NCBI GenBank assembly: GCA_963789395.1 | Contig: CAWBKP010000010.1 | Span: forward strand, 7,351 to 71,350 | Source of the DNA: an uncultured delta proteobacterium | Lineage (GTDB): Bacteria > Desulfobacterota > Desulfobacteria > Desulfobacterales > Desulfatirhabdiaceae | DNA length: 64,000 bases | Direction: 5' to 3' | Shown: positions 17,334 through 27,600 of the stretch, piece by piece | Layout: each line of letters begins with the position of its first letter | Position numbering within the stretch: position 1 is the stretch's first letter | Program-made: the position numbers and the translations under genes | Notes under the pieces: generated by a model | Seen by the model: the letters and a program-made list of their open reading frames with translations, nothing else | Databases searched by the model: none | What the model was told of the DNA's origin: nothing

Positions 17334-17960
17334 TTAGTAAACAAAAAGATTCCGTCTTTTTTCAATGCCATCCAGAAGGGCGGAAACCGCGTACTGCAGT
17401 GCCAGGCTGGCGCCTTTTTCCCGCGTCGATTGCGCGTCCTTTCCAATCATGGACTCTCCATGGCCTGTGATGGTGATGCTTGAGCCGTTATTTGCGGTAA
17501 ACTCCACCTGAAGATCGACTTCAAAGCCATACTTCACTTTGTCTTCCGTGGAATCGGCGCGCAGGAATTTAGGTATCGCCACGTAATCATAGGTCCGCAC
17601 CCGGGCGTTTTCCGGATCATTCGGCAAAAGCATCTCTATCGCCCTGGCTTCGCTTTTCACCGGCATTATTTCAACCTTGGCGAATTCAATGCCAAAGGCG
17701 TTTCTCATCTCAAGTTCTGCATCACGGCCGAGGTAGTAACGGATACCACCGCTCTCAATATTGCTGGTATGCTCGAAGCGCTCAAACTCGGCCGGAAACA
17801 GCAGCAGAATTTTCGCCGGAATCGGCGGCCTGCCATACCGGGAATAATCCAAGGGAGTCTCCTCACTTAAAGGCGAAAACCGATGCTCCGAACACGCCAG
17901 GGTGAAACACCCGAGTGTGACAATCATAAAAAGTACAACCACGATTTTGTTGGGTTTCAC
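17334..17960 (-). CDS. lipoprotein of unknown function (paralog of the C-domain of 14377-15135)
   Basis: Lipobox LGCFTLACS. The stretch YSRYGRPPIPAKILLLFPAEFERFEH ... GASLALQYAVSALLDGIEKRRNLFVY aligns along its whole length with 14377-15135. Confidence 0.65.
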   Translation of the reverse strand: MKPNKIVVVLFMIVTLGCFTLACSEHRFSPLSEETPLDYSRYGRPPIPAKILLLFPAEFERFEHTSNIESGGIRYYLGRDAELEMRNAFGIEFAKVEIMPVKSEARAIEMLLPNDPENARVRTYDYVAIPKFLRADSTEDKVKYGFEVDLQVEFTANNGSSITITGHGESMIGKDAQSTREKGASLALQYAVSALLDGIEKRRNLFVY

Positions 17961-18047
17961 TTTTCTTTTCCTTGTAATATGAAAACAATCTCTTAACCAT
18001 GGGTGATGATCTCAAAAAATCAAATTTGGATGGCAGCAGGCGATGGT

Positions 18048-18404
18048 TTAACGGAAAAATTCCAGAGCCACGTCTGATAGCGCGTTGACCACGGGCCGGG
18101 CAAAGCGGCCGGTGGCGCCCGAACGACGAGAGCCTGCACCCAGAAGATACCCCAGCCCGACGCCTACCCCCAATGCGAGAAGCACTGTCTTGCCCGGATT
18201 TTTACTGCCATAACGCTTAACCTGCTCATATGTTTCACTTACCGTCCGGGCTGTTTTATCATAAACTTCACTTACAGCCTCCTGCGCTTGGCCGCGAACC
18301 TCAGCGCCGTTTTCCTGGGTGCTATGCTCAGCAGCGCTATCGCTGCCGGATTCTTCCGCAGTTTGCTGTTTGGGGGTATCGTGTTTTTTGTGTTTGACTT
18401 CCAT
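18048..18404 (-). CDS. YqjD/ElaB-like (DUF883-type) tail-anchored membrane protein
   Basis: Acidic, helical N-part and a single C-terminal TM (NPGKTVLLALGVGVGLGYLLGAG). Confidence 0.45.
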   Translation of the reverse strand: MEVKHKKHDTPKQQTAEESGSDSAAEHSTQENGAEVRGQAQEAVSEVYDKTARTVSETYEQVKRYGSKNPGKTVLLALGVGVGLGYLLGAGSRRSGATGRFARPVVNALSDVALEFFR

Positions 18405-18441
18405 GTTATCCTCCTAAAAAAGATTAAACGTTATCTTTTAT

Positions 18442-18930
18442 TTAAGTATTTGTTGATATATCCGCTTCCGGACTGATGGTTGAACCGCTCCCTGTCCGGG
18501 GTTGAGGCCCGGCCCCGCCACCTGCCGCATCTGCTGAGATTGCCTTCTTTATCCAACTGGCGGCGGCCTTCGTGGCGATTCTTTGCAGGGCCACCAGAAT
18601 CAGGCTGGAGCCGGCGGCTCCGGCAAACACGCCACCGACTGAGCCGCGAACTTCTTTTGCAATGGATCCCATGATGCGCTCCATGGGCGTGGCGCGTGCT
18701 ATCAATATCCTTGAGGCAAGATACCCAAGGCCGGCGGCAGCCCCTATCGCCAGGTATGGAGAGTCCTTCACATATTCACGCCAATTCAGTTTCTCTTCGA
18801 TAAGCTCGCCGATTTGAGCGACCGTCTGGGAAATGTTCTCTTCTCCTTTGGCGATATCCTGACGGATGTCTTCGGAACTGCGCTCGACATCCGCTTCCTC
18901 TGTATCACCAGGATTCTTTGTGTCGGCCAT
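18442..18930 (-). CDS. DUF3618-like membrane protein
   Basis: The N-terminal SSEDIRQDIAKGEENISQTVAQIGELIEEKL resembles DUF3618, and is followed by a TM segment SPYLAIGAAAGLGYLASRIL. Confidence 0.4.
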   Translation of the reverse strand: MADTKNPGDTEEADVERSSEDIRQDIAKGEENISQTVAQIGELIEEKLNWREYVKDSPYLAIGAAAGLGYLASRILIARATPMERIMGSIAKEVRGSVGGVFAGAAGSSLILVALQRIATKAAASWIKKAISADAAGGGAGPQPRTGSGSTISPEADISTNT

Positions 18931-18964
18931 TGCTTGTCCTCCTTTTCAGTGTCTGTATTGTCAT

Positions 18965-19321
18965 CTACGTTTTAAGGGTCGATTTCTTCAATAGCCTGTA
19001 TCCGATGAAGGCAACGCCGACGCCGATGAATGCAAGCGCCGCTCCCGTGACAAGCGCCGCAATGACTGGGGCCATATAAAAAGTGAGTTCGATGAACAAT
19101 GCGGCGCAAAGAGACAGGAAAGCGGCAAAACCGATGACCACGCCTGTCGCGACAATCAGGACACCGCTGCGAACAGCCCTTCCCTTTTCGCGGATTTCCT
19201 GGGTCACGAGCTCAATCTCGTTGTGAACCACCGCGGACGAGTTGTTGGCAAGCTGTTTCAGCAGTTCGGTCAAGGATTCGCGTTGTGTTGCCGGGTCCTT
19301 GTTGACCACGTTGCTGTTCAT
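18965..19321 (-). CDS. phage-holin-family / YqjE-like two-TM membrane protein
   Basis: 118 aa. The pattern LKQLANNSSAVVHNEIELVTQEIREKGRAV followed by two TM helices is that of Holin-X/DUF1469 proteins found next to DUF883 genes. Confidence 0.5.
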   Translation of the reverse strand: MNSNVVNKDPATQRESLTELLKQLANNSSAVVHNEIELVTQEIREKGRAVRSGVLIVATGVVIGFAAFLSLCAALFIELTFYMAPVIAALVTGAALAFIGVGVAFIGYRLLKKSTLKT

Positions 19322-19337
19322 AGGGAAATTCGCCTCC

Positions 19338-19688
19338 TTACCTGCGTCGCAAAATCGCTCCGATAATCAGGCCGGCGCCTCCTGCTATCAAGAGACAGCG
19401 CCCCGGATTCTGCCCGATATATTTCCGGACACCGGCGTTTGCCCGTTCATAATCGAATTGCCGAACATACTCGGCGGATTGGTCCAGCCACGCCGATGCC
19501 GGGTTTTCCGAACCCATGCCGGATTGCACGTCCGAATCTCCCGCTTTTTCGCTTAGCGCATCGGCAATATGATGCAATTTATCAGCGATAATATTTTTGA
19601 CGTTCTCGAAGCCGGTTGACTGCCCCGAACCCTGGAACGCTTCGGCGGCTTCTTCGGTTTCATCAACTGTGCTATTGTTTTCTCCCAT
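19338..19688 (-). CDS. DUF883 (ElaB/YqjD/YgaM) family protein
   Basis: C-terminal NPGRCLLIAGGAGLIIGAILRRR tail anchor and a helical N-part. It is the first gene of a four-gene yqj-like set. Confidence 0.55.
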   Translation of the reverse strand: MGENNSTVDETEEAAEAFQGSGQSTGFENVKNIIADKLHHIADALSEKAGDSDVQSGMGSENPASAWLDQSAEYVRQFDYERANAGVRKYIGQNPGRCLLIAGGAGLIIGAILRRR

Positions 19689-19804
19689 GGTTCACCTCAT
19701 AATAAGTTATCGTGCGATACTGCAGGAAATGGTGAAGCCTCGTGGGGATATTCTTTTCTGCCGTGTTCCCCAAATTTTCACGCAATCGAAGGGTTACCTT
19801 CAGT

Positions 19805-21732
19805 CTAAGGCCGTTGAGCCTTGTTCGCCAAAGCGCGGCAGATCGAGTCGCCAAGCGCCTTGAATTGATACGGCTTTTCCAGAAACGCCTGCGGCCATTC
19901 GTCATGATCACCTGCCATGACATGTTCCTTGCCGTATCCGCTGGTGAGGACAAACGGAATTCCAGGCAACAAGCTGCGAAGGGCTGCCAGCGTTTCCCAG
20001 CCGTCCATGCGTGGCATGGTCAAATCACAAAAAACGCAACGGATCTCAACTGAATGCAATCGGAATACCTCCACAGCCTCGATGCCATCCCTGGCTTCAA
20101 GCACGGTATAGCCCAAGTGCTCCATCATCGTCCTTGACCATATTACGCACCTGATCCTCGTCTTCGACCAACAGCACCGTGCCGCCGCCTTCATTCTCCC
20201 GGATCAAGGCTATCTTTGTCCGGACGGCGTGGAACTACTTCAGCCGATACCGGGAAAAAGACCCGAAAAATACTGCCCCGTCCCGGCGTGCTCTCCACAG
20301 TGACAACCCCGTGGTGTGCCCGCACAATCCCCAGAACCACAGGCAGGCCAAGACCCCGTCCGATAAATTTGGTGGAGAAAAACGGATCGAAGATCTTCTC
20401 GAAATCCTCTTCTGCAATGCCGCTGCCCGCATCCGCGACTTCCAGGCAGGCGTAGGCAATGTCCCGGGGTTGCCAGTCGACAGGAAAACGCTTTAATGCG
20501 GGAATATCTTCGCGGAAACCATCTTGACGGTCAGTCCAATGCCGCGTCTGTTCTTGTCGGCGGACTCCCAGGCATTGGTGACCAGGTTGGTCAAAACCTG
20601 CATTATCTGGACTGCGTCCGCACGAATGACTCGGGCCGGATGACCGGGAAATCGGCCTTTAGGAGTGTGCCTTTTGGTGCCACGGCCTGAAGCAGCGCCA
20701 GACTTCGCCGGAAGGTTTCAGAAAGATTTATGGGTTCCAGCGTACAGGGCGTTTGCCCCAGATAGGTCAGCATCAGACCGCTGACCTCCGCTGCCTTGAG
20801 GGCTGCCTGCATGGCCGAGACCAGGCTATCCATCTTATTTTCACCCAGCGGCGGATCCTTCATGGCCATTTCGAGGTTTCCCATCACCACATGGAGTTGA
20901 TTGTTGAAATGATGGGCGATGGCCCCGGCCATACGGCCCAGGCTTTCGGCCTTCTGGAGCTGCCGGTTCTGGACCTCGAGTCCGGTCTTTTCCGCTTCAA
21001 CCCGCTTGTAGTCGGTAATATCGCTCATCGCAACACGCCACATGTCGGCACCGTCGGCACCCTGCACGGTTGTTGCCTCCAGCCGTACCCATAAGGGTGC
21101 GTCACCATTTTTCTCCATCCGCAGTTCGCAAGTCTGGAGTTTCCCGGTCTCAAAAAGCTGTTTGCTGTGCTGGTAGTAGATGTCCTGGTCTTCTTTGTGG
21201 ATGAACCAGGTGATCGGCTGCTTGACCAGAGTGTCCCGGACCACGCCCAGCAGGGTGGCGGCAGTGAGGTTGGCTTCCAGAATCTGTCCCTGCTTCGCTG
21301 AGGGTGAAATAGCCCACCGGCGCCAGGTCGTACAGATCGAAATAGCGTGCTCGCGATAGAGTCTATTTTCATATATGCTGTTCGCAGCTCCTCGTTCTGC
21401 ATCTCCAATTCAATCTGATGCACACGCAGCTCGTGGAGCATCTGTCGGGTTTCTTCGGGCGCCAGTGCCTTGCGGTCTTCCATCGACACGGCCGCTTTTT
21501 CATGAACCATCTTTTCTGCCTGTTTACGTATTTCCTGCTCACCGGATCCGTGGCGAAAGGAGAAATGGACAGGAAAGGGACAAAGGGCTCCATCAGATGG
21601 CGTACGCCGTTCTGAAACGCCATGTCGCGGGCCGGCTGGATGAACTGCTTTTCCGGCGACCTCATGCGTTTCGATTGCCCGGGCAGACGGCACTTCCACT
21701 GCTGTTTCCTTGTATATATTTCTGGATGTCAT
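19805..21732 (-). pseudogene. hybrid PAS sensor histidine kinase (PAS-HisKA-HATPase-REC), broken by at least 6 frameshifts
   Basis: The domain pieces lie in different frames:
- 21025-21732: [25 protein letters not shown].
- 20603-21244: PAS plus HisKA (AIAHHFNNQL).
- Hand-translated HATPase: QVLTNLVTNAWES ... GRGLGLPVVLGIVRAHHGVVTVES.
- REC in 19805-20194: TVLLVEDEDQVRNMV / DLTMPRMDG.
Several shifts are 1-nt homopolymer changes, so this could be an error-riddled intact gene. Confidence 0.7.
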
Positions 21733-21849
21733 GTTTGGCTTATCCCTGTTTCTTCGCGTTCGCTACAGCAATCCCGGTAATTATGGTGTACTCAAGTCCG
21801 AGTTTTATCATCGAAGTTTCTGTTCAATAAAAACGATCCACCGAAATCG

Positions 21850-21882
21850 AACAATCCGCGGGGCGATTGCCCGCGGATTGTT
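21850..21882 (-). terminator. 13-bp perfect stem-loop downstream of the Thr-rich protein gene
   Basis: AACAATCCGCGGG-gcgattg-CCCGCGGATTGTT. T-runs lie on both sides (plus strand GAATTTTTT; the minus strand has scattered Ts). It lies 23 nt after the stop at 21905. Confidence 0.55.
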
Positions 21883-21904
21883 GAATTTTTTCCGGCTCGA
21901 GCAG

Positions 21905-22396
21905 TTAATTACTCTCGGTCGTTGTTGTAGTGCTGGTTTGCTTCTTTCCGATCGCTGGATTTTCGATCGTCGTGGTAGTGCTGGTTTGTTTTTTCCCGAT
22001 AGAGGGCTTATCGATTGTCGTCGTGGTGCTGGTCCGTTTCTCTTCGATCCCGGGCTTTTCGGTCGTCATCGTGGTTTTCTGAACCATCACTTTGTTAGCG
22101 ACCATGCGATCGCCTTCGCGGGTATAGTAAACCGTTACCGGCAGACCGGATTTGACAGTCTCGATGGAGACAGGCGCACCCGTTTCGTCAACATAGGTTG
22201 TACTCTTCGAGTAGCTATAGCTCATCGGAGATGAACTGGTTTCGGACCGGACCACGATGTTGTTGGGGCTGACTTCGCTGATCGTCCCGGCGGTTTCCGT
22301 TGTCGTGACCGTGCTTACAATCCCCTGTTGGGCAAATAACCCGCATGGTATAATCAAAACTGCCAATACAAATACGAACGACATTGCTGTTTTCAT
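21905..22396 (-). CDS. secreted protein with C-terminal Thr-rich tandem repeats
   Basis: The likely start is MKTAMSFVFVLAVLIIPCGLFAQQ (signal peptide). The C-terminus is KPGIEEKRTSTTTTIDKPSIGKKQTSTTTTIENPAIGKKQTSTTTTTESN, i.e. three repeats of about 15 aa (about 45 bp each). Confidence 0.6.
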   Translation of the reverse strand: MKTAMSFVFVLAVLIIPCGLFAQQGIVSTVTTTETAGTISEVSPNNIVVRSETSSSPMSYSYSKSTTYVDETGAPVSIETVKSGLPVTVYYTREGDRMVANKVMVQKTTMTTEKPGIEEKRTSTTTTIDKPSIGKKQTSTTTTIENPAIGKKQTSTTTTTESN

Positions 22397-22514
22397 AACT
22401 TTTCCTTTTTTTGTGAAATTTTTAAGCATTCGATGTAAATCTTCTTTCATGCTTTAAAATCCCGCAGAGCCTTTCCCTGCAGGCTGTTGAACTTTGAACC
22501 GGTTCTCGAGCACC

Positions 22515-22706
22515 TTAATCATTACTTTCGGTTGTTGTGGTGGTGGTCCGCCTCTCTTGGAGTATGGGTTTTTCGGTCGTCGTGGTCGTGGTTTTCCGGA
22601 TCACTTCTCCTGTGCTTTCGTGTTTGGGTGCCGATGAACAGGCCATCATTGTGGCGATCATCATCAGAAGAACTAAATAAGGGATAATAATTTTTCTCTT
22701 TTTCAT
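22515..22706 (-). CDS. small lipoprotein with the same Thr-rich repeat
   Basis: MKKRKIIIPYLVLLMMIATMMAC lipobox, then RKTTTTTTEKPILQERRTTTTTTESND. The ending TTTTTESN(D) is shared with 21905-22396. Confidence 0.6.
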   Translation of the reverse strand: MKKRKIIIPYLVLLMMIATMMACSSAPKHESTGEVIRKTTTTTTEKPILQERRTTTTTTESND

Positions 22707-22820
22707 AGCGGTTAATCCTCTCTACAAGTTTATGGTGAAAGATGTTGAATGAAGAACCCAATAGAACAATGCGCTCATCCATCGCTTTGACAGATGCTTC
22801 TTGTTCTGCACTGTTTACAT

Positions 22821-22836
22821 TTCAATTATTGTGCCA
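22821..22836 (-). promoter_or_regulatory. sigma-54-like (-24/-12) promoter, cassette C (weaker -12)
   Basis: The minus strand reads TGGCACAATAATTGAA (GA instead of GC at -12), preceded by GTTGAAAACC as in the other cassettes. It lies 115 nt upstream of 22706. Confidence 0.5.
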
Positions 22837-22936
22837 GGTTTTCAACACACAGCATCATTTCACCCATATTCCGATATTTAAGTATAATTTGTGAACAAAG
22901 CAGTTACAGACCTGCCATTTGCTGCCCTGTAACAAG

Positions 22937-22967
22937 GGTCATATTTAACCATGCGGTCATATATGCC
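22937..22967 (-). promoter_or_regulatory. enhancer-like tandem palindrome (UAS) of cassette C
   Basis: The plus strand reads GGTCATATTTAACC-ATGC-GGTCATATATGCC, 100 nt upstream of the -24 box. Confidence 0.55.
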
Positions 22968-23146
22968 CATTTTTCTGTCTTTCGGTGTGATGAGCGGCAA
23001 AAAATAAGGGCGGATTAAAATGATAATGGATTTTTTCCTGGCGCCTGCATCGGAATTGCTTTCAGGAAAATCATCTGATTACGATTCAGTGCTGCGCCAA
23101 CGGGGAAAAACTCGGAACATTCGGAGATGTTAGACGGGTGGAGAAT

Positions 23147-24668
23147 TTATGGTTTTTGGATGCCAAGTTTACGCATGCGCGCGCGCAGGGTGCTGCGGTC
23201 GAGCCCAAGGATTTCAGCCGCGCTGTTTTTTCCGCCGATTTTCCAGTGGGTCTGTTCCAGTGTCTGGACAATATAGTCGCGCTCAACCGCATCCAGGGTT
23301 TTTTTGTTTGTGCTTAAACCCTTGAACGGCTTCTTGAGTTCATCAACCAGGCGCAGCTTGGGACCCGACGAGTTGATGACCGCACGTTCAATGACGTTTT
23401 CCAGCTCCCGGACATTTCCGGGCCAGTGATAGTTTTGCAAGGAACTCATGACACCCGCCGAAATGAGTTCAATGGACTTGCCCATCCGTTTGGAAATTTT
23501 TTTGACGTAAAAATCCACAAGAAGCGGGATGTCTTCCATGCGGTCCCGGAGCGGCGGCATGGTTATCGGAAAAATATTCAACCGGTACAAAAGATCTTCA
23601 CGGAAACGGCCCTTGCGGACTTCCTCTTCCAGATTGCGATTTGTGGCGGCGACAATCCGCACATCGACCTTGACGGTGTGGGAGCTGCCCAGCCGTTCAA
23701 ACTCGCCGTCCTGGAGCACTCTGAGCAGCTTTGACTGCAGTTCCAGCGGCAATTCGCCGATTTCATCCAGAAAAAGGGTGGCGCCGTTTGCGACCTCAAA
23801 TCGCCCCAGACGTCTGGCAATGGGAACCGGTGAACGCGCCTTTCTCATGACCGAACAATTCGCTTTCGATCAGGTTTGCGGGCAGTGCGGCGCAATTTAC
23901 TTTCACCAGAGACCGGTTTTTGCGCAAGCTCAAGCCGTGAATGGCCCGGGCGACCAATTCCTTGCCGGTTCCCGTCTCGCCCAGAACCAGCACGGTGGTA
24001 TCGCTGCCGGCAATTTGCTCCACTTTATAGAGCACGTATTTGAGCCCGTCACTTTGACCGATAATTTTGTCATGGTTGTATTCCAGTTTGATTTCTTCCT
24101 GCAGATAGGCTCTTTCCGCTTCCAGTTGATCTTTTAACATTTTTATTTCGGAAAGGGCGGTTTCAGCTTTTTGTTTTCCTTTTTCCGCCGCTTCTTTTGC
24201 GATGACAAGCTCGGCCGTTCGATTGGTCACCTCGCGTTCAAGAAAGGCGGTCTGGTCCCGCAGGAAATCGGCCATGGCCTTCAGCGCCAGATGGTTCTTC
24301 ACGCGCGCCATGACGATGGGCGGGCTGATCGGCTTGGTGATGTAGTCGACCGCGCCGAGTTCCAGCCCTTTCTTCTCGTCCTCCATTTCAGACCTGGCGG
24401 TGAGAAAGATCACCGGGATGTTCATCGTCTCGGGATCGCGCTTGAGTCGCCGGCACACCTCGTAACCGTCCATGCCGGGCATCATGATGTCGAGCAGGAT
24501 CAGGTCCGGCGGCGGGTCCGACGCCGCGATCCTCAGCGCCTTCTCGCCACCGTTGGCGATTTTCACCTTGTAGGTATCCTTGAGCAGACTGCTCATCAGC
24601 GCCAGGTTGTCCGGCGTGTCGTCGACCACCAGTATCGTGGTCCTTTCGGTGAAATCGAGTTCGTCCAT
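23147..24668 (-). CDS. sigma-54-dependent response regulator (REC - coiled-coil - AAA+ - Fis-type HTH), one frameshift
   Basis: REC ([11 protein letters not shown] ... DIMMPGMDG), AAA+ sigma-54 interaction domain ([42 protein letters not shown]) and HTH ([22 protein letters not shown]). It is split into ORFs 23796-24668 and 23147-23848 by a frameshift near 23825. Confidence 0.85.
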
Positions 24669-24680
24669 GGGTGTTTCCTT

Positions 24681-27600
24681 TCAGACCGATGGTCCGGCGG
24701 CGGCCCTCAGCGCTGCGAGCGCCGCCTCGAAGTCGAATGACCGGATGCCTTCGTCGATCTTGCGGTAGTGGTTGGGGAAAGCGGCGTTAAGCAGGTCCGC
24801 ATTCGCATCCAGCACATCACCCGCCTCCGCGTCGTCGTCGGCCAGCATTGCCTCCAGCTTGTCACAGACAGCCTTGAGTTGTTCCGGGTCTACAGCGGCG
24901 GCCATCCTTGGCCCGTTCCTCCGGAAGCTTGTGTTCCAGTTGGGTGATGAGATATTCAAGCGGCATTTTCAACGCGTCGAGCCGGGCATCGATCTCCTCG
25001 CGCGGATGGCGCTCCCTGATCGCGGTTTCGAGCTTTTCCGCCAGCTGCTGCAGGCCGGTGGCGCCGATGGTGCCGGAAACACCCTTCAGCGTGTGGGCAA
25101 GCCGCTCCGCGGTGTCCAGGCAGTTGCTCTCCAGCGCTTTGCGGATTTCCGCCAGTACGGATTTCTGCCCGGCGACGAACTTGCGCAGCATCGAAAGGTA
25201 GAGCGGTTTTTTGCCGAGCACACGGCGCAGGCCGTTGGCCATATCCAGCCCCTCGATGCCGGACGGCAGGTCGACATCTTCGCGACCGCCTGCGGCTTGC
25301 CATCAGGACTGCTGCTGTCGCGTGCCGCGGCTTGATCCATTTCAGCAGCGCCTTCCACAGGTTTTCGGGTTCGATCGGCTTGGCCACATGATCGTTCATG
25401 CCCGCCGCCATGCAGCGGTCGCGATCGCCCTGCATGGCGTTGGCGGTCATCGCCACCACCGGAAGATCCTTGAAGCGCGCATCCTTGCGGATCTCCCGGG
25501 TCGCCGTCACGCCGTCCATCACCGGCATCTGCATGTCCATCAGCACGATGTCGTAATCGGCGGCCCTGACCTTGTCCAGCGCGATCTGGCCGTTCTCGGC
25601 CAGATCGACGATGAAGCCGGCATCGCGCAGCAGTTCGGTTGCCACTTCCTGGTTGAGATCGTTGTCCTCCACCAGCAGGATGCGGGCGCCCTTGATGGTG
25701 GCGAGTTGCTCGAAGGTGTCGGTCGGCGCATCCCCGGCGATGCGCGCGCCATCGACAACGCCTCCCAGAATGCGCATCACGCTGTCGAAGAGCACCGAGG
25801 CGCTGACCGGCTTGATCAGCACATCCTCGATGCCCGCTTCCTCCGCGCCTTTTATAACTTCCTCGCGGCCGAAAGCGGTCACCATGATCATGTGCGGCAT
25901 GCGGCTGAGCGGAAGCTCCCTCAGCTGCCTGGCCGTTTCGTTGCCATCCATGCCCGGCATCTGCCAGTCGAGGAACACGATCTCGTAGGGCATGCCCTGG
26001 GCCTCGGCGCGTTCCACGGCGCCGATGGCCGCCTGGCCCGACTCGGCCTGGTCGACCTTGAAGCTCATGCTGCCAAGCAGGTCGCCCAGCACCTGGCGGG
26101 CGTTCTCGTTGTCGTCCACCACCAGCACGCGTTTGCCCTGCAGGTCGGCCGACAGCACCAGCTTGCGCTGCTGGCCGACGCCCTTGCCGAGGCGCGCCGT
26201 GAACCAGAAGGTGCTTCCCTTGCCGGGTTCGCTGTCCACGCCCACCTCTCCGCCCATCAGTTCGGCCAGCTTCTTGGAAATGGCCAGCCCGAGGCCGGTG
26301 CCGCCGAATTCGCGGGTGGTCGAGGTGTCGGCCTGCGAAAATCTCTGGAACAACCGCCCCATCTGCTCCTCCGTCAGGCCGATGCCGGTATCGCGCACGG
26401 CGCAGTAGATCAGCACGTCGTCGTCGGTCTGCTCCTTGAGGCGGATGATGATGTCGATCTCGCCATGCTCGGTGAACTTGACGGCATTGTTGCCGTAGTT
26501 GATAAGAATCTGCCCCAGCCGCAGCGGATCGCCGATCAGGTTGGGCGGCACGTTCCTGTCCACGTCAAAGACCAGTTCCAGCCCCTTGGCGGCGGCCTTC
26601 TCGGCGATCAGGTTGGCCACATTGTCAAGCACCTTCTCCAGTTCGAACTCGGTGTGCTCGATCGTCAGCTTGCCCTCCTCGATCTTCGAGAAATCGAGAA
26701 TATCGTTGATGATGTTGAGCAGATGCCGGCTGGAAAGCTTGATCTTCTTGATGTAGTCGCGCTGGCGGGGCGTCAGTTCGGTCTTCAGCGCCAGATGGGA
26801 CATGCCGATGATGGCGTTCATCGGCGTGCGGATCTCGTGGCTCATGTTGGAGAGAAAATCCGATTTGGCGAGGTTGGCTTTTTCCGCCACGGCCTTGGCT
26901 TTCTCCAGCTCGGCGGTCTTTTCCTGCAGCACCTGATCCAGGAGTTTGCGCTCCGTGATGTCGCGCGCAGCGGCGAACACGCCCTGCAGCCTCCTGTCCC
27001 GATCGTAGAAGGTGGTGGCATTCAAGGACACCACCGTTTCCTGCCCGTCCCTGGTGCGCGCGGTGAGCTCGTAGTTGGTGACCTTTTTTTCGCTCAGCAC
27101 GCGTTTGATGCTTGCCTCGGCCCGCTCCGGATCCGTAAAGTAATTCTTGAACGGCGCGCCGATCAATTCGTCGCGCGTGCAATCGGTGAGCGCCTCCATC
27201 TGCTTGTTGACATCGGTGATGATGCCGGACGGATCGGTGGTCATCAGCGCGTCGATATTGGATTCAAAGAGGGAGCGCGTGTAGAACTGATAGTCGCGCA
27301 GGCGCTGATCGAGCTGATTTCGCACGGTGATATCACGCAAAATGCCGGTGAAGTATCGCTGGCCACCCAGCCACATTTCGCTTACCGCAATCTCCAACGG
27401 AAAAGTGCTGCCATCCTTGCGCCTGCCGGTGACTTCGCGTCCGAGGCCGATAGCGCGCGCCTCTTCGCTCGCACTGTAATACTCGAGCGAACCATTGCGC
27501 TGGTCCTGATCCAGTTCGGGGATCAGCAGGCTGAATTTCTGTCCGATGAATTCTTCGGCGGCATAGCCAAACATTCGCTCGGCGGCCGGATTCACCGTCT

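Noticed and set aside
21930-22080. Tandem direct repeats of about 45 bp that superficially resemble a short repeat array.
   Set aside because: They are in-frame coding repeats of the Thr-rich protein with no unique spacers, so this is not a CRISPR array. No CRISPR-like array was seen anywhere in the window.
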